A DNA stretch of 63,423 nucleotides, filler included, from Folioceros fuciformis (lineage: Eukaryota), in NCBI GenBank assembly GCA_049999805.1. It is 3 parts of 2 records of this genome, joined end to end, with 100 filler letters (N's around TTAATTAATTAA, not from the genome) between each part and the next. Parts side by side here need not be neighbours in the genome. Positions count along the whole stretch, not along the records: positions 1 to 28,520 come from JBNGIO010006327.1; 2 more parts are not named here. The stretch is one strand, 5' to 3'. The notes beneath the pieces were generated by a model. That model did not search any database and was not told the DNA's origin. It saw only the letters and a list, made by a program, of their open reading frames with translations. Shown in pieces: positions 1 through 11,574 of this stretch. The first letter of the stretch is position 1; each line of letters begins with the position of its first letter. A program made the position numbers and the translations under genes.

Positions 1-3000
1 GGGGTAGCCGTGTCGACGGCGTCGGGGCAGAGCATCCAGGAGAGCATGAACCTGCTGCTGCTGGTGCGGGCGTACCAGTTCAGCGGCCACAACAAGGCCA
101 ACTTGGACCCGCTAGGGTTAACCAAGAAGCATGCAGGGATGGTGGATTTGGATCCGGCGCAGTACGGCTTCAAGCCGGGGGATATGAACAGAGAGTTCTT
201 CCTCGGGGTGTGGCGGATGTCCGGATTTTTGTCGGAGAACAGGCCGATGCAGAGCCTCAAGGACATTCTGGCCAAGCTGGAGCAGGCATACTGCGGCAGC
301 ATAGGGTTCGAGTATATGCACATCCCGGACCGGGAGCGATGCAACTGGCTGCGGGAGAGGATCGAGGTGCAGGTCCCGGTGAAGTACTCTCGGGAGCGGA
401 AGGAGGACATCCTGGATCGGCTAATATGGAGCACCAGCTTCGAGAATTTTATCGCCCAGAAGTGGACGGCGGCAAAGCGCTTTGGGCTGGAGGGATGCGA
501 GACGCTCATTCCCGGTATGAAGGAGCTCATAGACAGGGCGGCGGACAACGGCGTGGAGAGCATTGTGATCGGGATGCCGCACAGGGGGCGGCTCAATGTG
601 CTGGGGAACGTGGTGCGGAAGCCGCTGCGCCACATTTTCAGCGAGTTCGGGGCCGGGATCAAGCCGGCTGCAGTGGAGGCCGGGGACTACACGGGGAGCG
701 GGGACGTCAAGTATCACTTGGGGACGTCCTACGACAGGCCCACCAAGAGCGGGAAGCGGATTCATCTCTCGCTGGTGGCCAACCCGAGCCATCTGGAGGC
801 TGTGAGCCCTGTGGTGATCGGGAAGACCAGGGCCAAGCAGTATTACGGCAGGGACAAGCAGCGGCTGAAGAACATGGCTGTGCTGCTGCATGGGGACGGG
901 AGTTTCTCTGGCCAGGGCGTGGTGTACGAGACCTTCCACCTTAGCGATCTGCCCAGCTATACCACCGGCGGGACTGTCCACATCGTGGTGAACAATCAGG
1001 TGGCTTTCACTACCGATCCCAAATACAGCCGCTCCTCACCCTACTGCACCGATGTTGCTAAGGCACTCAACGCTCCTATCTTCCATGTTAACGGCGACGA
1101 TGTGGAGGCTGTGGTGCGCGCCTGCGAGCTGGCCGCCGACTGGAGGTGCCAGTTCCACTCCGATGTGGTGGTGGACATTGTTTGCTACCGCAGGTACCTA
1201 ATAGTGTCGACGTCGCTTTCTTAGCCGTCATCACCCACAAAATCAAAGCATCTCGCACACACTGACTGCCGTGGCTCAAAGATTCACTTCTCAGGTCATG
1301 GACAGGCATTTTCTCTCACGATGTTGCTTGCTCTTGCCTTGAAAGCGTGAAGGGCCACCCTTGCTCACTCTGCTGCATCTTAGGTTTGGACACAATGAGA
1401 TTGATGAGCCAGCCTTCACTCAACCTACGATGTATCATGTGAGTGTGTGCTCTCGATGATCACGAAGAGGACATGGCAATCAACATCCTCAACTGCAACA
1501 TCTGCTTGCTGGTTTCCACAGGTGATCAAAAACCATAAGCCGGCGCTGGACATGTATGTGAAGAAGCTCACGGAATCTGGGGAAATGTCAAAGAGTGACA
1601 TTGACAACATGCAAGACAAGGTTATGGCTATTCTCAATGACGAGTTCAACAACAGCAAGAACTACCTTTCCAAGACTCGGGACTGGCTGGCAGCCTACTG
1701 GTCGGGATTCAAGGGCCCTGAGCAGTTGTCTCGGATAAAGAACACTGGGTAGGACTCTCCACATCCTCTTTTCTGCCTACTCCTCTTACCAGGCTGTGCA
1801 CGTGACCTAGAGCTGAGAATGCTTTCTTGGTTCAGAGTAAAACTCGAAATTGTGAAAAGCGTGGGTCAGCGAATCTCGAAGCTGCCTGCCACTTTCACAC
1901 CTCACAGAGCCATTAAGAAAGTGTATGAACAACGTGCACAGATGGCTGAAACTGGAGAAGGGGTGGACTGGGCTTTTGGAGAAGCACTGGCTTTTGGGAC
2001 CTTGCTGACGGAAGGTAATCATGTACGACTTAGTGGCCAGGATGTAGAACGGGGTACTTTCAGTCACAGGCATGCAGTGGTGCATGATCAAAAAACGGGC
2101 CAGAAATATTGTTCTCTTGTCAACGTTGTGGACAAGCAAGACCCTGAGATGTTCACAGTGTGCAACAGGTCAGCTCTTTCTGCTAATGTCCTGCTAGGCA
2201 CAGAAGACGATGCTTCATCTCTGATTGATGGTGTGCTGCAGTTCTCTTTCCGAGTTTGGAGTGCTGGGCTTCGAGTTGGGCTACTCTATGGAGAACCCCA
2301 ACTCACTTGTTCTTTGGGAAGCACAGTTTGGTGATTTTTCCAACACTGCTCAGGTGATATTTGACCAGTTTCTCAGCAGTGGAGAGACCAAGTGGTTACG
2401 GCAGAGCGGCTTGGTAATTCTGCTTCCTCATGGCTACGATGGTCAGGGTCCAGAACATTCCAGCGCAAGATTGGAACGTTTTCTACAGGTACTCCACGGC
2501 GCAACGGCCCTGCTTAATTGACGGAAGCCATAGTTTTGATGCAAAAACACGTGTGTGCGCAGATGTGTGATGACAACCCTCTTGTCATTCCTGAAATGGA
2601 ACCAGCTATGCGCAAGCAGATTCAGGAGTGCAACTGGCAAGTTGCAAATGTGACTACTCCTGCCAATTACTTCCATCTTCTTCGTCGACAGGCAAGCTAG
2701 CCACAACTCCCACGGGCTGTCCTCATGGTTGAACAACCTGCTCCATATTCTCTGATTTGCTATCTTCGTTCATGCAGATTCATCGCGAATTCAGAAAACC
2801 TTTGATTGTCATGTCACCAAAAAACCTGCTCCGACATCAAGGGTGCAAGTCGAACCTTACAGAGTTTGATGATGTAGCAGGTCAGGGATTGGACAAACAG
2901 GGAACGCGATTCAAACGCCTGATCAAAGACCAAAATGATCACTCTGATAGCATGCCAAGCATCCGTCGGCTTGTGCTGTGCTCTGGCAAGGTGAATGCTG

Positions 3001-3547
3001 AGATCTTTAATTGTATTTCCACAATACTGTTACCTCATAATTGGTGCCCTAAACTATGTCACCCACCAGATCTACTACGAACTGGACGAGGAAAGGAAAC
3101 GAGTGAATGCAAAGGACGTTGCCATCTGTCGTGTGGAGCAGCTTAGCCCCTTCCCATATGACCTCATCCAGCGGGAGCTCAAAAGATACAACAGTGAGCC
3201 TGACACACTCATCGTAATGATTTGTCTGCAGACACGTCACAGACAGGCTTTGAAAGAGATTGCAGCTCTCGGAACTCCTCTTGATCATTTCTTCTGCTTC
3301 ACACACAGATGCAGAAGTGGTGTGGTGCCAGGAAGAACCCATGAACATGGGATCGTACAGCTACATTGCTCCACGCCTAGCAACAGCGATGAATGCCTTG
3401 AACAGAGGAACATTCGAGGATGTGAAGTACGTTGGCAGAGCTCCAGCCGCGGCCACAGCCACCGGGTTTGGAGCTACTCACACAAAGGAGCAGAAAGGCC
3501 TCGTTGAAATGGCCCTGCAATCTGCTGCCATCAAGTCTCCCCGGTAA
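1..3547 (+). CDS. OGDH: 2-oxoglutarate dehydrogenase E1 component (mitochondrial type), 5' end outside window. Exons <1-1193, 1384-1438, 1522-1748, 1836-2168, 2242-2488, 2563-2691, 2778-2990, 3070-3193, 3309-3547
   Basis: Motifs [34 protein letters not shown] (ThDP binding), [38 protein letters not shown] and [10 protein letters not shown]. The GT/GC-AG exon model keeps one frame (2760 nt). Confidence 0.97.
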
Positions 3548-4328
3548 TAAGGCAACCGTAAGTTCGAATTTAACATCTCAAACTCACATTGATGGGCAAA
3601 CCTCACACGCTGAGCCTCACTGAGCTCGTAAGTTGGCTCTCAACAGTCGAAGTTCGAGCACGTCCGTTTATGTTACAAAAGCCAAGACAAGAAACGAGAA
3701 ACCAACACATTCAGGGTACTGGGCAAAGTGCACAGACCAGGGCATGCGAAAGAAACCGGTTGTGCGCAAGCAGGAGGAGGAAGCCTGCCGTGTGGAGCTT
3801 AAAGGTAAAGGAAGCAATGCACGCGGACAAGGCGAAGGAACAGCTAAGAAGAAAAAAACCCAAGGCTCCACAGATGGAAAACGAAGGCGTTCAGGAAAGA
3901 GAGGGGAAAGTGGGTCAACGTCAGGACGACGTAAACACGGCGCGAGGTTGAGGCGGAATTCATGGAGGCCTCCCGCCTTAACCCAGGGCATCAGCAATGC
4001 TTTGGGGCCATTCGGGTACCTCCTCGCAAGCATCAGAAAGAAGCAGATTGAGCGTCGTAGGGCGACAGCTATCTACAACCCAGTCAGGTGGTGAAAAGGC
4101 CGCAGCCTCCTCACACGGCGTTGTGGGAAGCAGCCGACGGATTTCGGATATCCAGTCTGCTGCACCAAATCCAGAATGAGAAATCCGTGAAAACAGGACC
4201 AAGGGCCAAGGAAGATGGCTAAAGGCCTCAGATTAAACACTTCCTGGTCAGAACAAATTGTTGCAAAATTCCATAAGGGATCCTAGATTTCAAAAGTCCC
4301 TAGGACACAAACGTGTGACCTAAGCTCA

Positions 4329-5334
4329 TCATGCCGCAGCAGCACCACCCTTGCCCTTCTTCTTCTGAATCTTCTTCAAGTAGAACTCCAGCTCCTTGCC
4401 TTCCAAGATGTAGCTGCACATATATAAAACAGGGTTACAAAATAACCAGGCCAAACCACGCACTAAAAACTGAGCCAGACCAGCCACACACAAGATGCGA
4501 AGGAATCGTGACTGGATGCATGCATCACCAAGAGAGTACAATAACGTACCCATCAGCACGGCCACACTGTCCAGGCCTGGAGGCGATGGACGCAAGCAGA
4601 CGCCCACCCGTGAATTGATCCTCCAAGTGAGGGTCAAGCTTGTGGCCCTCGGCCCGCTTCTCCAACTTCCTCAAAACATGGGCACTCTTCTTCTTCTCCT
4701 CGACAGTTTCCGCTGGCTCCTGCGCAATCCAAAGAGTCACACCTCCAGAGGCGGAGAGTCGAAAACCCCACACAGCGCAACATACCCAAAAAGCCTTTCA
4801 TAGCCCACAAAACAGGCCAGCGCCCCGACAGACTCGCGTACCTCGCTTTCCTTCTTGACGGGAGCTTTCTTCTTCTTGCCAATCTCCACGCCATAGTGCT
4901 GGCTGTACCACTGCTTGAAAGGTGCAGCATCAACCTGGACAATGGCGCTCTTCACAAGAGTCTGCGTCCGAACTAGCTCATTGTTGGAAGCGTTGTACAC
5001 CACATCTAGAATCCGAGTCTTCCGGGTCACAGCCTCCGTGCCCCAGCTAAAGTTGCCCGTGTCCAACCTGAGAGCCCTGAACTTGAAGTTCCCTCCCCTC
5101 ACACGGATCCTGCGAACTGTCTTATTGCTCGACAGCTTCGTGTTAGCCGGTTGCCTGCCCAGCTCGTACCTGACATCACAAACAAACCCTCAGCCACGGC
5201 GCCGGGCCCCGCTTACGAAACATACTCAGACTACCACGGCTCCATCACAGAACTTACTTCCTCTTCTTGCGCCACGACTTCTTCTTCCCTCCGGTAGCCC
5301 GCCTCTTGTGGGTGGAGTCCCGCGAGATACCCAT
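4329..5334 (-). CDS. RPS8: 40S ribosomal protein S8 (eS8), 219 aa. Exons 5334-5258, 5169-4842, 4719-4550, 4413-4329
   Basis: [17 protein letters not shown] start, [45 protein letters not shown]. Canonical splice sites, 660 nt in frame. Confidence 0.97.
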
Positions 5335-5494
5335 GGTGACCGAGCGCTCGCTCGCAGACCGGGAGCGGCGAGTGTCAGCTTGCAAAGAATACTAACGCTC
5401 TCGTACCATGAATAAGTAGGGCTTCAGATAGATATAGGGCTGTCTGGTTGCTGCATATCGATATGAAATCGCGGAAACCTAAATTGGCTAGTAA

Positions 5495-5592
5495 TGTTTA
5501 GGGTTTCTTTTTAGAATGTTCGGTATCAAAGCTACAAGCGCGCTGTTTAGGGTTTCTTTATAGAATGTTCGGTATCAGCGCTACACGAGCGC
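5495..5592. promoter_or_regulatory. Two telo-boxes (TTAGGGTTT at 5498-5506 and 5547-5555) within a 49-bp tandem duplication upstream of RPS8
   Basis: AAACCCTAA on the RPS8 strand about 170-220 bp upstream of its ATG. Telo-boxes are typical of plant ribosomal-protein promoters. Confidence 0.7.
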
Positions 5593-5685
5593 CACCTCGA
5601 AAGGTTGTAGAGGCGAAGCGCGGAGACATTCTAGGAGGAAAGGGCGCGCCCGTCGAATACCATTGAGCATGGGACGGCTGATGTG

Positions 5686-6565
5686 ATGGAGTTTTTATAC
5701 GAGGGTCAGTCTTTTCTGGTAGGAAACCATCATGCGTTCCATGAGCCTCTGCAACCCGGTACGAGATGGCAGCAATGGGGTGAGGAGCCCAATTCGGGAA
5801 AGAGCCCGTCATCAACGAGCTGGGTATGTCTGCGGGATGAAAGCGGGCCTGGGATGTGGAATCATTGGCAAGAGTTTGTTAAGGATGTGATGCTTTTGCA
5901 TCATGTGTTCTTGCAACAAGCGGGCGTTTTCCGACATCGTGACAGTTCAAGGACGGCTCAGGCCGGGAACAATCATGGAGAAGGTTAACAATCTGATGCT
6001 GGAAAATTTGAAGGTGGATGCAGGGATGGTAACAATTGCCCTTGCTCTGTCCGGCCAGCTGCTGCTGATTGTTCTGAGCAAGAGGAGAGTCAGGCGGTTC
6101 AGGGAGGCACGAAAAGGGACGCTGTGGGTTCATAGTCTTGGCCAAAATGTTGCCCCTTCCACCAGGATTGCGTACGATGAGCCTGAAATTCAGTCGGTAT
6201 CAAGCTACGACGAGGGATCAGGCTTGCGTACCCCGTTTGCAGAGGAACCAGAGCCCAACCAGGCCAGCTCCTCCTCTACGTACAACGTACCTCCCACAGA
6301 CCCAATCAATGATATGCCACAGTTGGGCAGGGAAGAACACAAAAGAATGTACACGTTTTTGCATGACTCCAGGACACTGGCAGAGAGGGTGAAGGCACGA
6401 ATGACGATGAGAGATGGCTTTCGGGGGGCGGTTTCCATGCGACACGGAGTATTTGAAAGATTCACTCAGGGATTTTCCGTATTGCTGATATGCCTCATGT
6501 TCATCTGGTCTTGGCACTATTATGGTTATTTCTTCGAAAGCGAGTTGTTCCACCACCGAGACTGA
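5686..6565 (+). CDS. Hypothetical protein, about 260 aa with two hydrophobic segments. Probable exons 5686-5823 and 5921-6565
   Basis: Open frame 5903-6565. An upstream ATG frame joins it in phase through a GTATGT...CAAG 97-nt intron. Hydrophobic runs VTIALALSGQLLLIVL and FSVLLICLMFIWSW. Confidence 0.55.
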
Positions 6566-7860
6566 CAACACCACTGTCAAACTTGTCGACTTTTGAAATC
6601 GCCATTGGTTAGACCAAATGAGGGGTCGACAGGCCATGGTGTAGGTGCGATGGTGCAGGACTTTCAGCTGTTCGTTACTGGGTTGTGAGAAATTCTCCGT
6701 GTAGAACCTGTGGAAGATGTGAAGTCTGCTCGGAGATGGAGAAAGGAGGTGACCTGGAGTTCTGAAGATGAATCTTATTCGCAGCAGTGCGAAAACATAT
6801 CGCCAGCTATCTGTTCGGGGTGATTTTGGGCAAATTGCATGGTAAATACGTCGTTGGCCTCCCCGCTCTGGCTCAGAAACGCAAGGCTCGGAAACATACA
6901 GGCCAGTAGTGATTATCCCATATAGCGATATTGACCACCAGTCCTTGGCAATTTTCTACTTGTCAATACATGGATTTATGCCAGGTACAAGGCTTCCACA
7001 TGGGAAATTTCGCTCTGAGGCAATGAAGAAGCATTGCAAATGTGACATGGTGTGGGTCATGCCACTGTGCAGAAAACTCGACGTGCCTTGCCATCTACGA
7101 CCCGGTTGTCATAGGTGCACCATCTGTGTCTTAGACCTTCTGAGAATGCACTTACTTCGCCAGCGTCGGGAGATTTCAGAAGTTGCTGTTCTCTCTACGG
7201 GTTCGAAGAAGTTCTGAAGCCCGCACCTGCGGTGATTTCTTCTTGGACCTTGCAAGGGTTAGTATTGCGTGAGCTAGAGTAGATGTTGCATGGTATACTA
7301 GGCACTCAAAGACTGCATCTTATTTACATATCTGTCAAAGAATAAAGGTAGCTCGTTGATGCCTCACCATGGGATTTGCAGCACGAGGTCGCACGTATGC
7401 AAGTATTAATCAATCAGTACCGTCTTCCATTGCCAAGATGGAGCACAGCATCCGATGAAGAGTTAGCTCAGGTCCTTCGTTAGCCGGATTTGATTGTGAA
7501 CCTGGCCTACTTGGCTTCCTATCTCCCTTAAAAAGTGCATTTGTTTGGATAATGCAGATTGGCGCGGCCCGATAATCAGATGCCAGTGGGCTCCTAGATA
7601 TCAAAGGCTGACGCAGCCCACCTTGTGCTGGAGGAGGCGGTAAGAGATAAGCGACAGCATTCCATACTAAAGGTCACTTCCGATCCACAATTCCATGGCA
7701 TACTATAGAGAGCATAAGGGATGTGTCAGATAATTTTCTTGAACACCACAAATATTTCCATGAAGAAAATGGAACCCCATCCCTCCATCTCCAAGGGGGA
7801 AGGGGGCTGAGCGCCCCGGCGAAGTGTAGCGGGGATCTTAGCTCAGGTTGAAGTCCCCGG

Positions 7861-8090
7861 GAAGACCGGAAGAAGGGCGTGAGGCCACAGTGCTCAGCTG
7901 AGCGCCCTTGTGAGGCCCCCGGGGAAGACCACAAGAAGGGCGTGGGGCCGCAGTGCTCAGGCCCTTGTGAGACCCCCGTGGAAGACCAGAAGAAGGGCGT
8001 GGGGCCGCAGTGCTCAGGCCCTTGCGAGACCCCCGTGGAAGACCAGAAGAAGGGCGTGATCCCGCAGAGGTGAGGCCCTGGTGAGGTGAG
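7861..8090. repeat. GC-rich 57-bp minisatellite, about 4 copies
   Basis: Unit GAAGACCAGAAGAAGGGCGTGGGGCCGCAGTGCTCAGGCCCTTGTGAGACCCCCGTG starts at 7861, 7924, 7981 and 8038. Confidence 0.9.
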
Positions 8091-11000
8091 CCGTCTCGTC
8101 GGTGAAAAGTGTTGTGGCCCTCAGCAGGGCCTCGTTGGTAAAAAGTGTTGTGGTAGCTATGGCAACTGGAGGTCCAGGAGCGTAGAGATGGACCATAGCC
8201 CCAAAAGGAAAATATATTGAAAGATACTCAATGAATAATACTAAACAAGCAGGGGTATATTCTTTAAAGATACGGTGTGATATGCCATACAACTGTCATA
8301 TATACTCGGATATATGTACATGAAGTACCATATCAATAATACCCCTCGTATACGGTCCAAACTTCTGCACGTAGCCCAAATTTCTACAAGTCGCAACATT
8401 GCCCGCCTCTGTAGTAGGCAGCCATCTAGGCGCCTCAATAGAACAAACCAGCGTATAGTAGGGACTTTTTCAGTGGTTGTCACATGATTTTGTTTCTAAC
8501 ACTTCCTTATCATTGTCACATATAATGTTTTTTAGGGTTTAGGGTTCCCAGCAAACCTCACCATTTCAGTACCTAGGACGAGCACACGGGTATGTCCCCT
8601 AAGTGCTCACTTTCGGATATCTCCACACCCTCGACCACTTAGGGTGCTATTTGCACAGCTGAAGGGGATGTCCCTTGCAGCTTCCATACCACAATGTGCT
8701 TAGGGTTTCATCTACAGAGCTCAAAGGGATGCCCCCTTCGTGCATTCTCATCTATCGCCACACAACTGGCCGCAATCATATCTCCCCTTCCACATGTTCT
8801 CCTCCATGTCCACACCTCAAGGGTTCCCTCCATACAAGCACCAGCATTCACACTTAAAAAGCATAGTGATAGCTTACAAGGGAATAAAATCCCCATCTTT
8901 ATTCCACAACCTATGAGAGCAAGCCAAAGGTACAAAGTGTTTCACCCCAAAGGTTTCACGCCCTTTAGCTACTAAGGAGACACCATACTACTGCAAAGAG
9001 CGAAGGAGTCAAATGCCCATCCACGCCCATGGAGTGACCTCCTACTCTGTCCAAGGATATAGGTAGGCCTCCAAGGGNNNNNNNNNNGGAGTGACCTCCT
9101 ACTCTGTCCAAGGATATAGGTAGGCCTCCAAGGGCTCCATTCTGCTCTTGCACTCCCTACACAATGCTGTCAAGGCCAAGTGCAAGCATTATATATCAAG
9201 GAGGTAGTCTATATCCTCCAAGCCTTTGACACACGAGTTGTTGCGAGCAACCTGCCGTGCATGCACAAACCACATAAGGGGTCTATGTTATCATTATCAC
9301 CACCTACATTCAGTACAACGCACAATCCTAGTACTACAACGTGCAGGGAAGGGTTGCTTGCAAGGTGCTAGACTAAAAGGTAGCTACAAGCTTTATTCCC
9401 AAACGCAACCGCAATTTCATGCATGGCCATCTGCAGCAACAGCATAAGATACACAACAGAAACACAAAGTGCAAGCACAAATTGTACACATAGGGTGCAA
9501 CCACACTATGCACTCTCAATCTACACCATAAGTCTGTAGCCATAATCTCCACTCTCAGTTCTAAACCACAAATCGCAGCTGCAAGAACATGTAGCAACCA
9601 CAATCTGCAACTACACTCAGCCTAGCCATGTCTAGTTCGAATGTGCAATTAGAATATGCGATTGCAATCTATACCTACAATCTGCAAGGACAACCAAGAA
9701 ACGCAATTTGCAACCACGATTCTTTCCCACACTCTAGAACTGCATTCTACAACCACTATTGGCAATTACACTTTGCAACTAGAACTTGGGTTTACATTGC
9801 GCAACTACATTTGGGCACATTCAATATACCAACCTACAATGCCTGTTCAAACTACACAAGATGCACCCATAGTCTGCACCCATAATTCTCTAACACAATC
9901 TGCAACTACATCATTATGATGGGATGAACGCACTTAAGATTAGGGCATGTTTTAGTTTACTTAAACAGTTTTGCCACTCATAGAACCAACAGGCACATTG
10001 TTTTACTTGCATCCCTTCATCAAATCTACTTGAACACCAGAACAAGACTCTGCTGATAATTTCCTTTGATTAATTGTTAATGCAATCATCACAAATTTCT
10101 CATGGTATCAGAGCCCTAGGGCAACCATGATCTCTGACACTGATGGCAAGAATAAAACTCTATCACTATCTTGCTAAAGAGTAGACAAGAGGAATTAATC
10201 GAATGCCTCTTGGTAGAAACCATGTACAACCTCATGTAGTTGACAGGTTGGTATGACCACAATGACAATGGCAATTACAACAACCTGAATCACGTTGCCT
10301 CCTTGAGGGGTAACCGAAGGACTCATCCAAGTGTGCTCTTAAATTTCAGTTCCTTGAACTTAGAGTCTGAAGATAGCTTGTGAGGCAAACATTCTCCTCT
10401 ATGTTGCCCTCAAGTCAAGTCTCCAACACCGTCTGGCATATGTTTTATGATGGCCAGAAACACAAGCAATTGCACCAACAACACTTGGTGTTCCTGCAAT
10501 GATCACACCCAGCAATTATAATCATCAATATTTCTAATAAATCAAGGACAATTCATATCATTGCAAGGTCAATTCATTTAGCCAACACCTGCACACTTAG
10601 GTCAAAGGTGCAGAGGCAATCATTCAAACCGACGTCAATAAGAGCTTGAAGACTTTTGCCGGGTCCCCTAAATGATATCAAGATGGGAACCGTACTCCAC
10701 AATTACAACGTGGATATAAAAGAACGGGATAGATTTAATGGTTCTGACTACGACACATGGGAAGTTAGAATGGTCTCCATTTTTGATGAGGCATACTTGA
10801 TGGGAGTCGTCAATGGAACAATGGCCAAGGTCGTTCTTCACGCCGCCGGCTCAAACCAAAAGGATGTATACGATTGGAACAAACTAGAAAAAAAGGCTAG
10901 GAAACTTATCTTAGCTGGGTTGGAGAGGTCCATGCTCCACCAAGTGGATGGAACCAAAATTGCTGCCCAAGCGTGGGCACAACTCTCCAACTTATATCAA

Positions 11001-11574
11001 GCAGAGGACTTTGGGAACAATGGTCGTTGCTGTACGCAACCTGTTTTCCTTGCGGATGAAGGAGAGTGACAAAGTCACATCTCCACCTTCAGATCTGCAA
11101 GAGCTAAATTGTCCAACGCAAGCTGAAAAATCAACGAAGTTAAGGCAACTACAGTATTTCTAAATACCTTGCCCTCTAACTATCATGATTTCATAATCTC
11201 CCAAAACCCTAGGATTAGAGATGCTTAGAAAGCACTCAAGCAAGGAGGCACCGCTATAGTAGCAGTCGCAGGAGTACTCATTGAGGTACTCTCCACCTTC
11301 ATCCAAAACAACACCACACACCATGGTGCAAGACCCTCCAAGCCAACCTGGATCGTGTACGCCGGTAGAGGGCGAGGTAGAGGAAGACCTTTCCCACAAC
11401 GGTCGAATAGAACTCAAAACCGACCTCCACAACCGAGAGTCAATACCAAACAAAAAGGTAATTGCAACTGGTGTAGTATCCTAGGGCACTAGGGAAACAA
11501 ATGCCGGAAGAAAGCTTCTGGCATCTCACAGAAAGTCGCTCACCTTCTGCTTATGTCACATCATCCTCATTTAG

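Noticed and set aside
210-981. Long alternative-frame and antisense ORFs over OGDH exon 1
   Set aside because: Shadow ORFs caused by very high GC at third codon positions.
3589-4202. Overlapping ORFs and small hairpins between OGDH and RPS8
   Set aside because: No recognisable domain or RNA-family motif. Compositional strand bias in the convergent 3' region explains them.
9031-9134. 47-bp exact direct repeat flanking 10 Ns
   Set aside because: Typical unmerged contig overlap. The same pattern occurs at 32858-32867.
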